Below are positions 17,398-25,183 of a DNA stretch of 64,000 bases, one piece after another. This DNA is from an uncultured Gemmatimonadaceae bacterium (lineage in GTDB: Bacteria > Gemmatimonadota > Gemmatimonadetes > Longimicrobiales > RSA9). Below the pieces are notes generated by a model, which was not told the DNA's origin, did no database searches, and saw only the letters and a program-made list of their open reading frames with translations. Within the stretch, counting starts at the first letter, position 1, and each line of letters begins with the position of its first letter. The DNA lies in contig CAZSBL010000001.1 of assembly GCA_964605205.1 (NCBI GenBank), forward strand, positions 2,405 to 66,404, written 5' to 3'. Made by a program: the position numbers and the translations under genes.

Positions 17398-18111
17398 GTG
17401 CGGCGGCGGCCGCCGCCGGGCAGGTCCGTGAGGTTCAAGATCTGCTGCATTCGGGACGAGGACGAGCTGGCGACGGCGGTGATGGTGGGGGCGTCGGCGG
17501 TGGGGTTCGTGTCAGCCATGCCGAGCGGGCCGGGGCCCATCGACGACGACACCATCGCCCGTCTGCTCCGCCGCGTGCCGCCGGGGGTCTCGGCGTTCCT
17601 GCTCACCTGCGAGGCGGAGCCGGACGCGTTGATCGAGCAGTGGCGGCGGCTGCCGGCGGATACGCTCCAACTGGTGGACCGGGTGGCCCCGGAAGCCTAC
17701 CCGCGGCTCCGGGCCGCGCTGCCCGGCGTGCGGATGGTGCAGGTGATCCATGTGGAGGGTCCCGCAGCGGTGGACGAGGCCCGTACGTTGATCGGGGCGA
17801 CCGACGGTCAATCGGCGGGGTCCGACTCCGGGTCCGGTCCCGATGCCCTGCTGCTGGACTCGGGGCGACCCGGCGCGGAGGTCCAGGAGCTGGGCGGGAC
17901 CGGTCGGGTCCACGACTGGGCGGTGAGTCGGGCGGTGGTGGAGGCGGTGGACGTGCCGGTCTTCCTGGCCGGCGGGCTGAACGGCGGCAACGTGGCGGAG
18001 GCGGAGGCGGTGGTGGGGCCGTACGGGGTGGATGCGTGCAGCGGGGTGCGGACGAACGGCCGGCTGGACCCGGTGAAGCTGGAGGCGTTCGTGAGGGGGG
18101 CGGGGAGGTAG
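17398..18111 (+). CDS. trpF: phosphoribosylanthranilate isomerase
   Basis: FKICCIRDEDE (KICG-type N-terminus), LLDSGRPG...LGGTGRVHDW and FLAGGLNGGNV blocks. The start may instead be GTG 17428. No other trp genes are in the window. Confidence 0.8.
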   Translation: MRRRPPPGRSVRFKICCIRDEDELATAVMVGASAVGFVSAMPSGPGPIDDDTIARLLRRVPPGVSAFLLTCEAEPDALIEQWRRLPADTLQLVDRVAPEAYPRLRAALPGVRMVQVIHVEGPAAVDEARTLIGATDGQSAGSDSGSGPDALLLDSGRPGAEVQELGGTGRVHDWAVSRAVVEAVDVPVFLAGGLNGGNVAEAEAVVGPYGVDACSGVRTNGRLDPVKLEAFVRGAGR

Positions 18112-18119
18112 GGCGGAGA

Positions 18120-18133
18120 ACAACGAACAACTA
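18120..18133. repeat. heptanucleotide array 3 (short): ACAACGA ACAACTA
   Basis: Begins 9 nt after the trpF stop. Identical to the 3' end of array 1 (ACAACGAACAACTACG). Followed by a GCGGCTTGCG x2 tandem. Confidence 0.7.
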
Positions 18134-18201
18134 CGTTGGGCGGCTTGCGGCGGCTTGCGGCGGCGGAGCCGCCGCGGGTGTACTGGTCGATCAACACCGT
18201 C

Positions 18202-18786
18202 ATGAACGAACCTGATCCGGATCCCATCTTCTTCGAGACGCCCGCCGACTTCGGCGCGTGGCTGGCTGCGAATCACCGCTCGGTGGACGTGCAGTGGGTC
18301 GGGTTCTGGAAGGTGGCCACGGGGAAGCCGTCCATCAGATGGGAGGAGTCGGTGGAGCAGGCGCTGCGCTTCGGATGGATCGATGGGCTGCGGCGCTCCA
18401 TCGACGATGAGGCGTACATGATCCGGTTCACGCCCCGGCGGCCGGACAGCCACTGGAGCCGGAAGAACGTGGAGAGGTACCGGCGGCTGGAGGCGGAGGG
18501 GCGGATCGAGGCGGCCGGGCGCGCGGCGTGGGAGGCGAAGGACCCGAAGAAGGTGGGCCGGGCGTCGTATGAACGGGAAGAAGCCGAATTCAGCGACGAG
18601 CTTCGGGCCATGCTCGACGCGGATCCCGACGCCGCGGCGTGGTTCGACGACCAGGCGCCGGGCTACCGGAAGACCGCCACCTGGTGGGTGATGAGCGCCA
18701 AGCGGGAGGAGACCCGGGAGCGGCGGATGAAGCAGCTGGTGACGGACTCGGCGGCGGGGTTGAAGATCGGGCCGCTGCGGCGGTAG
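18202..18786 (+). CDS. YdeI/OmpD-associated family protein
   Basis: Track ORF trimmed to Met 18202. Blocks FGWIDGLRRSIDDEAYMIRFTPRRPDSHWS and WWVMSAKREETRERRMKQL match my recollection of this family. Confidence 0.7.
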   Translation: MNEPDPDPIFFETPADFGAWLAANHRSVDVQWVGFWKVATGKPSIRWEESVEQALRFGWIDGLRRSIDDEAYMIRFTPRRPDSHWSRKNVERYRRLEAEGRIEAAGRAAWEAKDPKKVGRASYEREEAEFSDELRAMLDADPDAAAWFDDQAPGYRKTATWWVMSAKREETRERRMKQLVTDSAAGLKIGPLRR

Positions 18787-18902
18787 CGGGGCGACCGTCG
18801 GGCACTGGGGCGGGCGGCCCGACCTGCCGTTATTCGACTCGCTCCGGGACTCAGCTCGGATCCGGGAGATCCCGGCGAAGCTGGAAGGCCAAGGAGCCGA
18901 CC

Positions 18903-19173
18903 ATGTGCCGTAATATCAAGACACTCTTCAGCTTCGACCCGCCCGCCACCGACGAAGGTCCGGGCGTCCGCGCTCCAGTACGTGCGGAAGATCAGCGGCT
19001 ACACGAAGCCGTCCCAGGCGAATGAAGAGGCGTTCGAGCGAGCGGTGGAGAGGGTGGCGAAGGTGACCCGTGAGCTGGTGGATTCGCTGGTCACCAGCGT
19101 GCCGCCCAAGGACCGGGAAGAAGAGGCGGCGAAGGCCCGGGCCGGGGCGGCGAAGCGGTACGGGTCGCGGTAG
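18903..19173 (+). pseudogene. DUF2277-family gene interrupted by a frameshift near 18957
   Basis: AAGGAG SD, then ATG 18903 encoding MCRNIKTLFSFDPPATDE (the characteristic DUF2277 N-terminus). The rest of the family sequence (VRASALQYVRKISGYTKPSQANEEAFERAV...) continues in the +1 frame to 19173. Total length of 271 nt is not a multiple of 3. Confidence 0.7.
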
Positions 19174-19221
19174 ACGGGCCCGCGGAGCCCCGCCACGCCG
19201 GCCCGGCTCGGTTGGAGAAGC

Positions 19222-20202
19222 TCACGTCTCCCGGGCCGCCGCCACCAGCTCGTCGATGATCTCGGCCACCGGCTTGATCTCGTGGATCCCGGCGACCGAC
19301 TTCCCGGCCTGCCAGAAGTCCTTCGTGCCCGACTCGTCGTAGGACGACCGCTTGAGCCGCCAGCCGGACCACAGGGCGTAGATGGTGCGCATGAGCCGCT
19401 TCCGCCGGCGGCCCTTGAGCATCCACCGGGCGATGGGCCCGGCTTCGGTTCCGAGCCGGTCGATATACGGCGTCTCGATCACGGACAGCGGCACGCCGGT
19501 GACGCGCTCGGTGAGGACGATGTCGTCCTCGTCGCTGCCCAGGATGGCCTGCTTGTACGGCTGCGCCGCGGTGCATTCCGGGGTGGCGATGAAGCGGGTG
19601 CCCATCTGGACGCCGTCGTAACCGAGCCGGAGCGCGTCGACGAACTCCTCGGGGGTGCCGATCCCGCCGGCGCAGACCATGGGCACGCCCAGGTCACCGA
19701 GCTCGTCCATCAGCTGTGCGGGCGTCTTCGGGCCCGCGTGCCCGCCGGCCCGGCTGTTGACCGCGATGAGCCCGTGGGCGCCGGACTCGAGGCCCTTGAG
19801 CGCCCACTTCCGCTCCGTCACGTCGTGGTAGACGACGCCGCCGTGGGGCTCCACGGCGTCCACCACCCACCGGGGCTTGCCCAGGCTCGTGACGAAGAAG
19901 CGTACGCCCTCTTCCAGCGCGATCTCGACCCACTCCCGCATCCGGTTCTCGTAGGTCCGCGACGACGCCTCGATGAGCGCGTTCATCCCGATGGGCTTCG
20001 ACGTCAGCGACTTGATGTGCCGGAGCCCCTCACGGAAGTCCCAGCCGTGCACGTAGGTCAGGGAAACGGGCTGGACGATCCCGATCCCGCCTGCCTCACT
20101 CGCGGCGGCCACGAGCTCGGGGTTCGAGCACGGGTACATGGCGCCGGCGATCACCGGGTACTCGATGTCCGCGGCTTCGGTGAGCTTCGTCTGCAGTTCC
20201 AT
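19222..20202 (-). CDS. nitronate monooxygenase / FabK-like FMN oxidoreductase (NMO family)
   Basis: YPVIAGAMYPCSNPELVAAASEAGGIGIVQP and VCAGGIGTPEEF blocks of the NMO TIM-barrel family. Confidence 0.75.
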   Translation of the reverse strand: MELQTKLTEAADIEYPVIAGAMYPCSNPELVAAASEAGGIGIVQPVSLTYVHGWDFREGLRHIKSLTSKPIGMNALIEASSRTYENRMREWVEIALEEGVRFFVTSLGKPRWVVDAVEPHGGVVYHDVTERKWALKGLESGAHGLIAVNSRAGGHAGPKTPAQLMDELGDLGVPMVCAGGIGTPEEFVDALRLGYDGVQMGTRFIATPECTAAQPYKQAILGSDEDDIVLTERVTGVPLSVIETPYIDRLGTEAGPIARWMLKGRRRKRLMRTIYALWSGWRLKRSSYDESGTKDFWQAGKSVAGIHEIKPVAEIIDELVAAARET

Positions 20203-20275
20203 AGTTCGTCGCCCTCAGCGCCGGCTTCGTAGTGGTAATCGTGCTTGTATTGGGGTGGCGTTTCACCCTCGCCCC

Positions 20276-20764
20276 TCAGTCCCCGCCCTCATCCCTCGGC
20301 CCCAGCCGCCATGTCACGACCACCTCCGCAACAACCTCGCCGGTCTCGTCGGTGAGGGTGGCGGACGCGGGGTCCTCGATGTCTTCCGGGATCGCCGGCG
20401 GCGGAGCAGCGCGGCCCGCGGCGGTGATGGTGCCCCGGGCCTTCTTGCGGTAGTCGACCTCGATCCGGACCGGGATGCCACGCACGTCCTCGGGCAGCGC
20501 CAGCGTCATGGCCAGCCCGCTGGCCAGCTCGCCGAGGTTGGCCAGAGCGATGGCGTGGACGGAGCGAAGGTGATTGCGCAGCCGGCGCCGCTCCCGGATC
20601 GAGACGGTGGCGCGCCCGGACTCGAGGGTGTGGACGTACGGCTGGATGGAGCCGGAGTAGGGCACCATCAGACGGATCAGCCAGCCGAAGACCCGGCGGC
20701 CACCGGGAAGGCGGGAAAGAGTGCGCCAGGCGGAGGCGAGGCGAGCGGTGGAGGTGTCGGGCAT
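20276..20764 (-). CDS. hotdog-fold thioesterase-like protein (DUF4442/PaaI-like)
   Basis: Track ORF trimmed to Met 20764. NHLRSVHAIALANLGELASGLA resembles the hotdog central helix. Weak, motif-level call. Confidence 0.5.
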   Translation of the reverse strand: MPDTSTARLASAWRTLSRLPGGRRVFGWLIRLMVPYSGSIQPYVHTLESGRATVSIRERRRLRNHLRSVHAIALANLGELASGLAMTLALPEDVRGIPVRIEVDYRKKARGTITAAGRAAPPPAIPEDIEDPASATLTDETGEVVAEVVVTWRLGPRDEGGD

Positions 20765-20780
20765 GGCTGGAAGATGAGGT

Positions 20781-20935
20781 GCGGACGGTGTTTGAAACAA
20801 CAGTTGACCCGTTGGAGTAGTGGTGCCGCCTGGCTCCGGGGCCGGCGGAAATGGCGTGGATCCATTCTTTTCCCGGATTCGGATTCGGCCGCATGTCTGT
20901 CCGGGACATCAACTGGCAATTCAAACACCGTCCGC
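20781..20935. repeat. 16-bp perfect inverted repeat pair bracketing 123 nt
   Basis: GCGGACGGTGTTTGAA (20781-20796) and TTCAAACACCGTCCGC (20920-20935) are exact reverse complements. The right arm runs into the first unit of the 15-nt array. Confidence 0.8.
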
Positions 20936-21027
20936 CATTCGCCCGTCCGCCACGCCATTCGCCCGTCCGCCATTCGCCCGTCCGCCATTCGTCCGTCCGC
21001 CATTCGCCCGCGTCCCGCCATTCGTCC
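20930..21027. repeat. 15-nt tandem array, about 6 copies of GTCCGCCATTCGCCC
   Basis: Three perfect units at 20930, 20965 and 20995. One unit has a 5-nt insertion (20945), one has one mismatch (20980), and one is degenerate (21010). Lies in the divergent intergenic region between the thioesterase-like gene and gcvP. Confidence 0.9.
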
Positions 21028-21166
21028 GCCGTCCGCCGCGGCGCGCGTCTTCCGCGCTGCGTGACATCCTTCACAAGCACTTTCAATCGCCTCCCGCCTT
21101 TGGTATCATCCAGTGCTCTGCCGCCCGCGGTGGGCGGCGGGATGAACGCTGAAAAGACACGGAGCC

Positions 21167-24088
21167 ATGTCCGTTACCGATAGACGTCATTCGCTGGCCC
21201 CCACCGACCTGTTCGTGCGCCGTCACATCGGCCCCGGCGAGATCCAGATCCGGGAGATGCTGGAGACGGTAGGCTATGACTCGCTGGACGCGCTGCTGGA
21301 CACGGCGGTTCCGGAGCAGATCCGATTGGACCGTGACCTGGACCTGGCACCGCCGCTCACGGAGCGGGAGGCTCTGCGGGAGCTCCGCCAGATCGCGGAG
21401 CGGAACGAGGTCTACCGGTCGTATATCGGGCTGGGCTACCACGGGACGCACACGCCGCCGGTGATCCAGCGGAACATCCTGGAGAACCCGGGCTGGTACA
21501 CGGCGTACACGCCGTACCAGGCGGAGATCAGCCAGGGCCGTCTGGAGGCGCTGCTGGTCTACCAGACCATGGTCATGGACCTGACGGGTTTCGAGATCGC
21601 GAACGCGAGCCTGCTGGACGAGGCCACGGCGGCGGCGGAGGCGATGGCGCTGGCCGAGAGCGCGGTGAAGGGGAAGCGCTCGACGTTCCTGGTCTCCGAG
21701 AGCTGTCACCCGCAGACCATCGACGTGGTCCGGACGCGGGCGAAGGTCCGGGGCTGGGAGATCGTGGTCGGGGACCACGGCGAGTGGGAGATCGACGACG
21801 ACGTCTTCGGCGTCCTGCTCCAGTACCCGGCCACCGATGGCGAGATCATCGATTACGGCGATGTGGTGGACGCCGCGCACGAGGCGGGCGCGCTGGTAAT
21901 CGTGGCGGCGGACCTGCTCTCGCTGACGCTCCTCTCGCCCCCGGGCGAGTGGGGCGCCGACGTGGCGGTGGGGAGCACGCAGCGGTTCGGTGTGCCCATG
22001 GGGTACGGCGGCCCGCACGCGGCGTACTTCGCCACGAGCGAGAAGTACAAGCGTCAGATGCCCGGCCGGATCATCGGCGTGAGTCAGGACAGCCGGGGCG
22101 AGGACGCCTACTACATGGCGCTTCAGACCCGGGAGCAGCACATCCGCCGGGAGAAGGCCACGAGCAACGTGTGCACGGCGCAGGTGCTGCTGGCGGTTAT
22201 CGCCGGGATGTACGCGGTCTACCACGGCCCCGACGGGCTCCGGAAGATCGCCACGCGGGTCCATCGCCTGACCCACGCGCTGGCCCAGGGGCTCGAGGAG
22301 CTGGGCCATACCATCGTCCACAAGCCGTACTTCGACACGCTCCGGGTGGAGGTCGGCGAGGGGGGCGTGGACACGATCCTGAAGGCGGCCCGGGACGCGA
22401 CGATCAACCTGCGGGTGCTGGACGAGTTCACCCTCGGCGTGGCGCTGGACGAAGCGGTCCGGCTCGAGGACCTGGTGGACCTGGTAACGGTGTTCGCGGC
22501 CGGTGAGGAGACGCCGGAGGTCGCCACCATCGAAGGGTGGCTGGAGCGCGCCGCCGCCGATGAGGCGCACCCGGACTTCCCGGCGCCGTTCGCCCGCGAG
22601 AGCGGCTATCTGACGCACCCGGTCTTCCACATCTACCACTCCGAGTCGGAGATGCTGCGGTACCTGAAGCGGCTGGAGAACCGGGACCTGAGCCTGACCG
22701 GCAGCATGATCCCGCTGGGTTCGTGTACTCTGAAGCTGAACGCCACGGCGGAGATGTATCCCATCAGCTGGCCGGAGTTCGCCGGGCTGCACCCGTTCGT
22801 CCCCGCTGACCAGGCGGAGGGATATCGGGAGATGATCGAGGGGCTGAACGGCTGGCTGGCGGAGATCACCGGCTTCGACGCCATCAGCATGATGCCGAAC
22901 GCCGGCAGCCAGGGCGAGCTGACGGGGCTGCTGGTGATCAGGGGCTACCACGAGGCCCGGGGCGAGGGGCACCGGGACGTGTGTTTCGTGCCGCAGTCGG
23001 CCCACGGGACGAACCCGGCCAGCAGCGTGATGGCCGGCTACGAGGTGGTGGTCATCAAGACGGATGAAGACGGCAACATCGACGTGGAAGACCTGCGGGC
23101 CCGGGCGGACGAGTACAGCGACCGGCTGGCCGCCATCATGGTCACCTACCCGTCGACGCACGGGATCTTCGAGACGGAGATCCGCGACATCTGTCAGATC
23201 GTGCACGACGCCGGCGGCCAGGTCTACATCGATGGCGCGAACATGAACGCCATGGTGGGCGTGAGCCGGCCCGGTGACTGGGGCGGCGACGTGGCGCACC
23301 TCAACCTGCACAAGACGTTCGCCATTCCCCACGGCGGCGGCGGGCCCGGGATGGGCCCCATCGGCGTGGCGGAGCACCTGACGCCGTTCCTGCCGGGCCA
23401 CCCGGTGGTGGAGACGGGCGGCGAGCAGGCCATCGGCGCGGTCAGCGCGGCGCCGTACGGCAGCCCGAGCATCCTGCCCATCAGCTGGATGTACATCCGG
23501 ATGCTGGGCGCCGAGGGCGTGACCCGGGCCACACGGCTGGCGATCCTGAACGCGAACTACGTGGCAAAGCGGCTCGAGGGGCACTTCGACGTGCTCTACA
23601 CCGGCCGGAACGGGACCGTGGCCCACGAGTGCATCATCGATCCGCGTCCGCTCAGGGAGACTTCGGGCGTGGACGCCATCGACATCTCGAAGCGGCTCAT
23701 GGACTACGGCTTCCACGCGCCCACGGTGAGCTTCCCGGTGGCCGGTACGCTCATGATCGAGCCGACGGAGAGCGAGTCAAAGAAGGAGCTGGACCAGTTC
23801 TGCGACGCCATGATCGCCATCCGTGACGAGATCCGGAAGATCGAGGCCGGCGAGTGGGACGCGGAGAACAACCCGCTCAAGGGCGCGCCCCACACCGTGG
23901 ACATGGTGGTGAGCAGCGAGTGGGACCGGCCGTACTCCCGGGAGCTGGCCGCCTTCCCGGAGCCGAATCGGGACAACAAGTTCTGGCCGTTCGTCGGCCG
24001 GATCGCGTCGGCCTACGGGGACCGGAACCTGGTCTGCGCCTGCCCGCCCATGGAGGAGTACGAGAAGTACGTGACCGTCGAGGCGTAA
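21167..24088 (+). CDS. gcvP: glycine dehydrogenase (decarboxylating), single-chain P protein
   Basis: 973 aa. N-terminal FVRRHIGP and PLP-lysine region [22 protein letters not shown]. Confidence 0.95.
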   Translation: MSVTDRRHSLAPTDLFVRRHIGPGEIQIREMLETVGYDSLDALLDTAVPEQIRLDRDLDLAPPLTEREALRELRQIAERNEVYRSYIGLGYHGTHTPPVIQRNILENPGWYTAYTPYQAEISQGRLEALLVYQTMVMDLTGFEIANASLLDEATAAAEAMALAESAVKGKRSTFLVSESCHPQTIDVVRTRAKVRGWEIVVGDHGEWEIDDDVFGVLLQYPATDGEIIDYGDVVDAAHEAGALVIVAADLLSLTLLSPPGEWGADVAVGSTQRFGVPMGYGGPHAAYFATSEKYKRQMPGRIIGVSQDSRGEDAYYMALQTREQHIRREKATSNVCTAQVLLAVIAGMYAVYHGPDGLRKIATRVHRLTHALAQGLEELGHTIVHKPYFDTLRVEVGEGGVDTILKAARDATINLRVLDEFTLGVALDEAVRLEDLVDLVTVFAAGEETPEVATIEGWLERAAADEAHPDFPAPFARESGYLTHPVFHIYHSESEMLRYLKRLENRDLSLTGSMIPLGSCTLKLNATAEMYPISWPEFAGLHPFVPADQAEGYREMIEGLNGWLAEITGFDAISMMPNAGSQGELTGLLVIRGYHEARGEGHRDVCFVPQSAHGTNPASSVMAGYEVVVIKTDEDGNIDVEDLRARADEYSDRLAAIMVTYPSTHGIFETEIRDICQIVHDAGGQVYIDGANMNAMVGVSRPGDWGGDVAHLNLHKTFAIPHGGGGPGMGPIGVAEHLTPFLPGHPVVETGGEQAIGAVSAAPYGSPSILPISWMYIRMLGAEGVTRATRLAILNANYVAKRLEGHFDVLYTGRNGTVAHECIIDPRPLRETSGVDAIDISKRLMDYGFHAPTVSFPVAGTLMIEPTESESKKELDQFCDAMIAIRDEIRKIEAGEWDAENNPLKGAPHTVDMVVSSEWDRPYSRELAAFPEPNRDNKFWPFVGRIASAYGDRNLVCACPPMEEYEKYVTVEA

Positions 24089-24238
24089 GCCGGCGACGGG
24101 GTCCTGGTGGGTTCGCGGGGCGTTCAGATCGCGTGACTGGGGGATGGCTCGCGGGGGGCTCGGGGTGACCGGGCGCTTCGCGGCCGTCCCTCTTCGTGTA
24201 GCTGGCGTTTCGGCCCTTGATCTCCCAGTCTCCCAGTC

Positions 24239-25183
24239 ATGGTTCCACCGGAAAGGAAGGGCATGAGCCGGGATCCCAGCCCCGCGACGGATGACCCCCA
24301 GTCGCGCCGCGTGCCGTGGCGGCTCGTTATCGGCGACGGTGGTACCCGCCCCGACTCGTCGGCCGCCATCTCGCCGCTGGGCGGCGCCGTCAACATGGCC
24401 ATCGACGTGGCGCTGCTGGAGTCGGTGAAGACCGGCGGGGCGCCGGTGCTGCGGCTCTACCGGTGGTCTCCGGCGTGCCTGTCATTCGGCCGGAACCAGC
24501 CCGCGCGCGGGCGTTACGACGCCGCGGCCGCGGCGGAGCGGGGGATCGACCTGGTGCGGCGGCCGACGGGCGGGCAGGCCGTGCTCCACGACGACGAGCT
24601 GACCTACGCGGTCATCGCGCCGGTGGCGGCGATCGGGAAGCCGCGGGCCGCCTACGCGGCCATCAACGAGGCGCTGGTGGTGGGGCTCCGGCGCCTCGGT
24701 GTGGAGGCGAAGATGGCGGGGCCCGAGCTCGCGGCGGGTGCCGGTGTGCCGGACGGCCCCGGCTCCGACGGCCCCGATTGGGACGCGGCGTGCTTCCGTT
24801 GGCCGGAGCGGGGCGAGGTTGTGGTGGGGGGCGCGAAGCTGGTTGGGAGCGCGCAGCGGATGGAGAGCCGCACGATCCTCCAGCACGGCTCGATCCTGGT
24901 GGGCGGCAGCCAGGCGCCGGCGGAGGAGCTGCTGATTGCGAGAGGGAGCGAGAGCGGGCGCGCCGCGTACGCCGGCGGCGGCCCCGGTGCGGGGTGGACT
25001 ACGCTGGAAGGGGAGCTCGGGGAGCGGCCGGGGATGGACGTGCTGGCGGAGGCCGTCCGGGCGGGGTTCGCGGAGGTGCTGGGTGCCACGATGGAGCCGT
25101 CGTCGCTGAGTCCGGACGAGGGGGAGGCGGCGGCCCGGGAGCGGGCGCGGTTCGCGTCGGACGAATGGACGTGGCGTCGATGA
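24239..25183 (+). CDS. lipoate-protein ligase / octanoyltransferase family protein
   Basis: NMAIDVALLES, LRLYRWSPACLSFGRNQ and RRPTGGQAVLHDDELTYAV blocks of the BPL/LplA/LipB catalytic domain. Directly downstream of gcvP. Start could be Met 24263. Confidence 0.8.
   Translation: MVPPERKGMSRDPSPATDDPQSRRVPWRLVIGDGGTRPDSSAAISPLGGAVNMAIDVALLESVKTGGAPVLRLYRWSPACLSFGRNQPARGRYDAAAAAERGIDLVRRPTGGQAVLHDDELTYAVIAPVAAIGKPRAAYAAINEALVVGLRRLGVEAKMAGPELAAGAGVPDGPGSDGPDWDAACFRWPERGEVVVGGAKLVGSAQRMESRTILQHGSILVGGSQAPAEELLIARGSESGRAAYAGGGPGAGWTTLEGELGERPGMDVLAEAVRAGFAEVLGATMEPSSLSPDEGEAAARERARFASDEWTWRR

Noticed and set aside
16707-18133. The heptamer arrays, or the 15-nt array at 20930, as a CRISPR locus.
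   Set aside because: Units are 7 or 15 nt and directly tandem with no unique spacers, and no cas genes are present. They are simple tandem repeats.
18951-18960. Programmed +1 ribosomal frameshift in the DUF2277 gene.
   Set aside because: The site (GAC GAA G GTC) has no slippery heptamer, rare-codon/stop pause or downstream structure that I can see. A 2-nt deletion or a sequencing indel is the simpler explanation.
21028-21166. Possible glycine riboswitch or other leader element directly upstream of gcvP.
   Set aside because: I see only a small hairpin (GCCGCCC-GCGGT-GGGCGGC) and a weak TTCAAT-N16-TATCAT promoter-like match. There is no riboswitch consensus.
20677-21183. Track ORFs 20677..21021(-) and 20851..21183(+) encoding periodic peptides (MADGRMADGR..., HSPVRHSPVR...).
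   Set aside because: They are translations of the 15-nt tandem DNA repeat in an intergenic region. There is no start context, and all three frames are open simply because of the repeat and GC content.
24221-24238. TCTCCCAG x2 tandem immediately before the lipoate-ligase start. Similar two-unit tandems occur at 18139-18158 (GCGGCTTGCG x2) and 14573-14604 (16-mer x2).
   Set aside because: Only two units each, with no recurrence elsewhere in the window. This is within what slippage or chance produces in GC-rich spacers.
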